IMG/VR virus record: IMGVR_UViG_3300028586_000045
Coordinates: 1-40,006 of that record
Length of the DNA stretch: 40,006 nt
Strand: one strand, 5' to 3'
From: a virus
Taxonomy: Duplodnaviria > Caudoviricetes
The translations under genes and the position numbers were made by a program. Shown piece by piece: positions 35,360-40,006 of this stretch; the stretch's first letter is position 1; every line of letters starts with the position of its first letter. Under the pieces are notes generated by a model, which saw only the letters and a program-made list of their open reading frames with translations, was not told the DNA's origin and searched no databases.

Positions 35360-37396
35360 GTGACCGTAGCCGCATTGCCTGCCGTGGCCGAATACGTCGA
35401 AGACGGCGTCTCGACTTCATTCCCGGTACCCTTCCGCTTCAAGGCGCCTACGGATCTGATCGTCGAACGCCTTCTGGCGTCCGGCGTGCAGACGTTATCG
35501 ATCGGCATCGATTATACCGTTTCGGGTGGAGCAACCGATGCAGGCGGCACCGTCACGCGGAAAGCTGCCAGTTCTGGCGCTCGGCTTCGTATCCGACGCG
35601 ATACAGCACGGGCTCAGACGATGGCATATCCGACCGGCGGTCGCTTCCCGGCCATGAGCCATGAAGAAGCGCTCGATCGGCAAATGCTGATCGCGCAGGA
35701 GCAGGATGCCGGCATCGCTGACATCGCCGAACGTGCATTGCAAGTGCCGCCTGGCGAAGCCGCCGTGACGTTGCCGTCGGCGGCAGACCGCGCTCAGGCA
35801 GTGTTGGCCTTCGACGAGACGGGACGCGGCACTGCAAGGCCGATCGGCAGCTTTCCGCCCGGCCCTCCCGGCGGGAACGTGCTTTCCGTCGGCCTGTTCG
35901 ATTTCATCAAAGAAATCCCAGGGGGGATCTCGACGGGTACGAACCTCATCCAGAGCAGTGGATTATCGCGAGGGCAACTGATCGAAGATCCCAGCCTCAC
36001 GGATGCGGTTGTTGCTGCGCATCCACGCGCAATCACGAAGACGAAGAATGGCCGGTTCTTTCGCCGAGATCCGCGTGAGTTGTGGCTGGAGCAGTTTGGC
36101 GCCGACCCCACTGGCGTGCAGGATAGCGCGCCGGCTCTCCGCGCTGCGATGGACTATATCATCCGCTGCGGGCGCTCCGAGGATGGCGCGGCCTTCACGC
36201 GCAACGGCCCTATTCTACGCATTGGCATCGGCGTGTTTCGCCTCGATAGCTTGGTCAACTGGCGTGTGGGTAACCGGATCATCGGCAGCAGCTCGAACCA
36301 TGAGATCGGCCGCTACGGCACGGTGTTTCGGGTTTATGGTCGCGGCGGGATCTGGTTTGATCGCGCTGACACCGAGAGCGGCATCCCAATCTCGCCAGCG
36401 AAGACCGGCGCAAATGGCTTCTCTCTGGAAGATGTGTCGTTCGAATATGCCGGACCGCCTGTCGATGACAGCTACGGAGCTACCTTTGGTGTCGTTTCCA
36501 GCTGCCAGGGTACGTACAAGAATATCACTGCAACTGGCTTTCCCGGCCTAGGTGCCGCTTTCCTCGCGACAAGCGGTGCGACTTCGGAAGCGGGCGAGGC
36601 GTCCGGGTGTGTCGTTGACGGCATGACGGCGCTTGCCAACTTCATCGGCTTCCGCGCAGCCGGCTCGGACACCAGCAATCTGGTCATGCGGGGCTCATTG
36701 AACTTCGGGTTCAACCGCGCAGCAGGGTACGATCTTTCTCAGCTATTGTCTGCCCATGTTGCAAACGTTGCTCACTGCAAGTTCAACGGCAACGCTAACA
36801 CAGTTCATTATGCTGGGATGATCTACCAAGGCGCTTGGGACGCCAGTCAAGACGCGCTGGCAAATACCATCCCGGGGCAGAACAACCGCATATGGGTCCC
36901 CTGGATGGCGGGTGGCGCGTCCTCCGCCGGGCGCGGGACTTGGGCCGCGGGTGGTCGCTATTGGCCATCCGGCGCGTTCTTCAGCACTAATCCGAACGCC
37001 CGAACAAAGATCGAGTCTCCTTACACCGAAGGCGGAACAGCACCGCCGCAGGTGATGGCGCCGTCCCACATCGATGGCGGGCAGACGCAACAGCTGTCTC
37101 AAAATTCGACCGCGCTTTGGGTTACCTACGAGCAGGGCGGCATGAGAGCGAGCGGGGGATTTGACGCTCCGGGGCTGTCTATCAACGGCAAGAGCATCGT
37201 TGCTGCTGCGCAATCCAGTCCGACCGGAGCTACGGCGACAAAGGTGCCGACAGCCGCGGGCTCGACGCCAACCAAAGCAGAGTTTGACGCTCTCGACGTG
37301 AGCCACAGCGCACTGATCGATGATGTGCAGGCACTCAGGGCGGTTGTTTCCGGTCTTATCACCAAGCTGAGAGCAGCGGGAACGCTCGCGCAATAA
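35360..37396 (+). CDS. Tail spike: T7 gp17-like N-terminal anchor plus beta-helix depolymerase-like domain
   Basis: FPVPFRF...DYTVSG...HEEALDR anchor; FGADPTGVQDSAPALRAA marks a pectate-lyase-like start. Confidence 0.85.
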   Translation: MTVAALPAVAEYVEDGVSTSFPVPFRFKAPTDLIVERLLASGVQTLSIGIDYTVSGGATDAGGTVTRKAASSGARLRIRRDTARAQTMAYPTGGRFPAMSHEEALDRQMLIAQEQDAGIADIAERALQVPPGEAAVTLPSAADRAQAVLAFDETGRGTARPIGSFPPGPPGGNVLSVGLFDFIKEIPGGISTGTNLIQSSGLSRGQLIEDPSLTDAVVAAHPRAITKTKNGRFFRRDPRELWLEQFGADPTGVQDSAPALRAAMDYIIRCGRSEDGAAFTRNGPILRIGIGVFRLDSLVNWRVGNRIIGSSSNHEIGRYGTVFRVYGRGGIWFDRADTESGIPISPAKTGANGFSLEDVSFEYAGPPVDDSYGATFGVVSSCQGTYKNITATGFPGLGAAFLATSGATSEAGEASGCVVDGMTALANFIGFRAAGSDTSNLVMRGSLNFGFNRAAGYDLSQLLSAHVANVAHCKFNGNANTVHYAGMIYQGAWDASQDALANTIPGQNNRIWVPWMAGGASSAGRGTWAAGGRYWPSGAFFSTNPNARTKIESPYTEGGTAPPQVMAPSHIDGGQTQQLSQNSTALWVTYEQGGMRASGGFDAPGLSINGKSIVAAAQSSPTGATATKVPTAAGSTPTKAEFDALDVSHSALIDDVQALRAVVSGLITKLRAAGTLAQ

Positions 37397-37407
37397 AGGA
37401 TTGTTGT

Positions 37408-37578
37408 ATGAACGTCTCTGTCATCGTGACTGCGCCTTTCGGCAAAGGCGCTCATGTTGTTGAAAAAGACGCAAGCGGAGCGATTGTCGAGGAATGGACG
37501 ATCGAGCAAACCAAATCGATTAACGTCTTCGTTGTCGACGGGCACAGCATCACTGTCTCTGATGAGCCAGCCGCATGA
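37408..37578 (+). CDS. Small beta-rich protein (56 aa, not in the ORF track)
   Basis: MNVSVIVTAPFGKGAHVV...DEPAA*; TAAGGA SD. Confidence 0.6.
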   Translation: MNVSVIVTAPFGKGAHVVEKDASGAIVEEWTIEQTKSINVFVVDGHSITVSDEPAA

Positions 37579-37621
37579 TCCAGCTCCCCGACTACCCCTT
37601 CACCAAGCAGGAGTGTGAGGC

Positions 37622-38134
37622 GTGACCGTCGCCGGCGCCCTCGCGCAAGCCGCTGTGAAGACGGCGAGCGGCGAAAGCATCAACGCTGGCATCTGGACGC
37701 TGGTCGGTGTCGTCGTCGTCGCCCTCTGCGGCGTGGCGACTGCGATCGTCAAGCAGTGGGGGCCGTGGAAGAAGAACGAGAGCGACGGCCGCGCGGCTGA
37801 CTTCGAACGACTGCGCGACGAGATCGCCGTACTCAAGGTCGATCACAAGGCGGCCAGCGATGCGCAGAGTGCTCGCATCGAGAAGCTTGAGGGCTTGGTG
37901 GAAACGGCGCGCCAAACGGCCACCGCGGCCGGCGAGCATGCCACCAGATCCGACGCCAAACTGCAAACCGCCCTCACCGCCTGTGAGGTGTTGCTGGGCT
38001 TGGTTGAGCGCGAAATGCCCGACGCCAAGGAGATCGGCCTGGTCAAGCGCCTGCTGGCTCAAGCCGCGTCGGACGATCTTGGCATCGGCAATGGCATGCG
38101 GAAGCTGGCGACAGTTCGAGGAGTAGGCGAATGA
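37622..38134 (+). CDS. Single-TM coiled-coil protein at the start of the lysis cassette
   Basis: TM segment GIWTLVGVVVVALCGVATAIV followed by a coiled coil; AGGAG SD. Confidence 0.7.
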   Translation: MTVAGALAQAAVKTASGESINAGIWTLVGVVVVALCGVATAIVKQWGPWKKNESDGRAADFERLRDEIAVLKVDHKAASDAQSARIEKLEGLVETARQTATAAGEHATRSDAKLQTALTACEVLLGLVEREMPDAKEIGLVKRLLAQAASDDLGIGNGMRKLATVRGVGE

Positions 38135-38580
38135 AGCGCACCACCAGCCCAGCCGGGCGCAAAGCCATTCGCGGCTTCGAGGGCGACCGCCTTACCGCCT
38201 ACCCCGATCCGGCCACTGGCGGCGACCCCTGGACGATCGGCGTCGGACACACCGGGCCCGAGGTGAAGCGCGGGATGACGATCACCGAGGCGCAATCGGC
38301 TGCCTATCTGATCGCAGACCTGGCGAAGTTCGAGGCGGGCGTGAACAACCTATGCCCGGTGACGACGCAGGCGCAGTTCGACGCGCTGGTCAGTCTCTCG
38401 TTCAACATCGGTCTCGGCAACCTCGGCAAGTCGACGCTGGTGAAGAAGCACAACGCGGGTGACTACGAGGGTGCGGCCCGTCAGTTTGTCGTCTGGAACC
38501 GCGCGGCTGGTCGCGTCATGGCCGGCCTGACCCGGCGCCGTGAGGCTGAGGCTCGGATGTACCGGGGGCTGGCGGCATGA
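38131..38580 (+). CDS. Endolysin, GH24 (T4-like) lysozyme
   Basis: FEG..LTAYPD.....WTIGVGHT catalytic E-D-T; GLTRRREAE. Confidence 0.95.
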   Translation: MKRTTSPAGRKAIRGFEGDRLTAYPDPATGGDPWTIGVGHTGPEVKRGMTITEAQSAAYLIADLAKFEAGVNNLCPVTTQAQFDALVSLSFNIGLGNLGKSTLVKKHNAGDYEGAARQFVVWNRAAGRVMAGLTRRREAEARMYRGLAA

Positions 38581-38840
38581 AGGCCCCAGACGCCCGCGAG
38601 GTCATGGCCTTCTGCATCGTCGCAATGTTCGCCTGGGGGTTCGCCAAAAACCCGCATGAGCCGCTGATCGTCGGCGCCATGATCGCCGCCTTTTCCACGG
38701 CATACGGCTTCTATCTCGGCGGCTCCAAGGTCGGGTCCGACACCGCCACCAAGAACGCCGACACCCTCGCCGCGCGCGCTGCTGATGCGCCGGCCGGCAC
38801 CCCCACCGATCCTGTCACCGTCACGGAGCAACGACCATGA
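38577..38840 (+). CDS. Holin-like two-TM protein (87 aa)
   Basis: Two hydrophobic segments and a GFYLGGS..GS..K motif. Confidence 0.65.
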   Translation: MKAPDAREVMAFCIVAMFAWGFAKNPHEPLIVGAMIAAFSTAYGFYLGGSKVGSDTATKNADTLAARAADAPAGTPTDPVTVTEQRP

Positions 38841-39142
38841 GCATTCTCACCACCATCGGCCGCTTCTTCAAGAAGCTGTTCACCGCCAAGAACCTCGACG
38901 CAGCGCAGGCGTTCGTCGCGAAGTACCTGCCTGAGTTCGGCGACGAGCTGGCGGCGTTTAGTGCGACGCTGGCCAAGGAGCGTGGCAGCCTGCTCGACCT
39001 GGCGGATCATGCGAAGGACTTGTGGCTGTCGGCGAAGGGCACGACGATCAGCACCAGCCTTGCGACGGCGCTGGCACAGGCGGCGTTCAACGCTGCCGAA
39101 AAGGCTGTGCTTGCCGAAGCCGAAAAGCTGTTGGCGAAGTGA
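38837..39142 (+). CDS. Amphipathic helical protein in the lysis cassette (101 aa)
   Basis: MSILTTIGRFFKKLF amphipathic N-terminus; ATGA coupling. Confidence 0.7.
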   Translation: MSILTTIGRFFKKLFTAKNLDAAQAFVAKYLPEFGDELAAFSATLAKERGSLLDLADHAKDLWLSAKGTTISTSLATALAQAAFNAAEKAVLAEAEKLLAK

Positions 39143-39381
39143 GCGGCACCGGGCGGGTCGTCTGTGTGGATCGCGCCAGCGTCCCCAACACGAACAAGCC
39201 CGCCCGGATGCTGACAGTCGATCGCGATGGCGACGGCGTTCGGCTGCAATTCTATTCCCCGTTGAACGATGCCGTGCCGTCGATCGGCACCGCGATCGAG
39301 TGGGGGCCGCACCACTATTGGTGGGCGGATGGACGTGCGGGCAAGACACGGGAATATGACCCCGATGCACCGTTTCTATAG
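39139..39381 (+). CDS. Hypothetical protein (80 aa), last phage gene
   Basis: GTGA coupling; MSGTGRVVCVDR... Confidence 0.55.
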   Translation: MSGTGRVVCVDRASVPNTNKPARMLTVDRDGDGVRLQFYSPLNDAVPSIGTAIEWGPHHYWWADGRAGKTREYDPDAPFL

Positions 39382-39398
39382 GCGTAAGACGACCTGCG

Positions 39399-39463
39399 GC
39401 ATTCCAACATCGCCAGTCAGACTGGTGAATAATGGAATGAAAAATGCGGCTAAGTGATTGATT
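39399..39463. promoter_or_regulatory. Right att arm: arm-type motifs and IHF site
   Basis: CATTCCAACAT (39400-39410), AATGGAATGA (39431-39440); reverse complement of 39451-39463 is AATCAATCACTTA, an exact WATCAANNNNTTR match. Confidence 0.7.
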
Positions 39464-39478
39464 TTACGTCGGCGGTGA

Positions 39479-39519
39479 AGCTTGGAAGGCTGCTGTACTA
39501 CCATTGTACTATACCCGCA
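39479..39519 (-). repeat. att core, right copy = truncated 5' half of tRNA-Gly
   Basis: Identical to 152-192; covers tRNA nucleotides 1-40 plus one upstream base. Confidence 0.96.
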
Positions 39520-39555
39520 CGACCTGACGGCCCGGGGGCGTCGATCGAGCCGCGG

Positions 39556-39584
39556 CTTATCGTCGCGCGGCATGCGGGGTCAAG
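39556..39584 (-). promoter_or_regulatory. Probable native host tRNA-Gly promoter
   Basis: Minus strand CTTGAC-N17-GATAAG upstream of the tRNA 5' fragment. Confidence 0.55.
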
Positions 39585-39647
39585 ACCCAAGATCGCGTCC
39601 AGTCGTGGTTCATGGCTTACTTACCGTTGCCGCGCTAAGTCGCCGGG

Positions 39648-40006
39648 ATGGAGCACGATCCCGAACCGGTCCCCGCATCGGCCGACCAGCGTCCCGCGTC
39701 TGCCGTCGGTCATGGCGTCGGGCTCGCTGGCATCGCCGGGCTGTTCGCGTGGCTGGCGGCGGCGCTCGCGATCGGCATGGATGGCCCCTATGCGGCGCTG
39801 GTCGCGCTCGTCGCCTGCGCGCTGCCCATGATCGGCTGGTCGCTGCTGGTCGACAAGGTGCATCGTCGCGACAGCACCGGCATCGACTGGCACGATCCAC
39901 GTCCGCTGGCGGAGCGCCGCGACGTCAGCCTGACCAAGCTCGCCGGCCTGTATCTCACCTGGGGCGGTATCGCCTTCCTCTACGGCATCGGACGCTTTTA
40001 TTGGGA
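39648..40006 (+). CDS. Host membrane protein, probably isoprenylcysteine carboxyl methyltransferase family (partial, runs off the window)
   Basis: MEHDPEPVP...LLVDKVHRRDSTGIDW...TKLAGL with several TM segments; family assignment recalled, catalytic part not in the window. Confidence 0.55.
   Translation, partial: MEHDPEPVPASADQRPASAVGHGVGLAGIAGLFAWLAAALAIGMDGPYAALVALVACALPMIGWSLLVDKVHRRDSTGIDWHDPRPLAERRDVSLTKLAGLYLTWGGIAFLYGIGRFYW

Larger units (their letters stand above)
152..39519. mobile_element. Temperate podovirus-type prophage integrated in tRNA-Gly, apparently intact
   Basis: 41-bp terminal direct repeats, integrase, cI/cro, replication, terminase, portal, capsid, tail tube, ejection, spike and lysis genes; no obvious frameshifts. 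Confidence 0.96.

Noticed and set aside
35325-35365. CTGACGA...AAC resembling a hammerhead ribozyme core
   Set aside because: No stem II followed by GAAA and no stem III/cleavage triplet could be built.
9889-35508. Many long minus-strand ORFs (e.g. 10953-12998, 14519-16279, 30278-32587)
   Set aside because: They are antisense shadows of well-supported plus-strand genes in high-GC DNA and contain no recognisable motifs.
35360-37578. Diversity-generating retroelement or invertible tail-fibre cassette
   Set aside because: No reverse transcriptase, invertase or template/variable repeat pair was seen.

Overview
The window holds an apparently complete ~39.4 kb temperate prophage (152..39519) in a GC-rich alphaproteobacterial, probably sphingomonad, chromosome. 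It is integrated in tRNA-Gly(TCC) and bounded by a 41-bp direct repeat that matches the 5' half of the tRNA. Left to right it carries a tyrosine integrase, a leftward operon of small accessory genes (Zn-finger proteins, a ParB-like protein, an AlpA/Xis-like protein), a cI/cro switch with four TGTAAG-N7-CTTACA-type operators, two secreted proteins, a Toprim primase and helicase with an iteron origin, terminase genes, an Acb2-like anti-CBASS sponge next to a RyR-domain protein, a podovirus-type head/tail/ejection module, a tail spike and lysis genes. The main points of interest are the candidate anti-defence cassette (Acb2 + RyR), 5'-end tRNA integration, att-arm motifs repeated just upstream of the terminase genes, a LexA-box-linked N-terminally extended CI frame, and an ejection protein with transglycosylase and GNAT domains. 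All protein calls come from motif recognition by eye; no database search was run.
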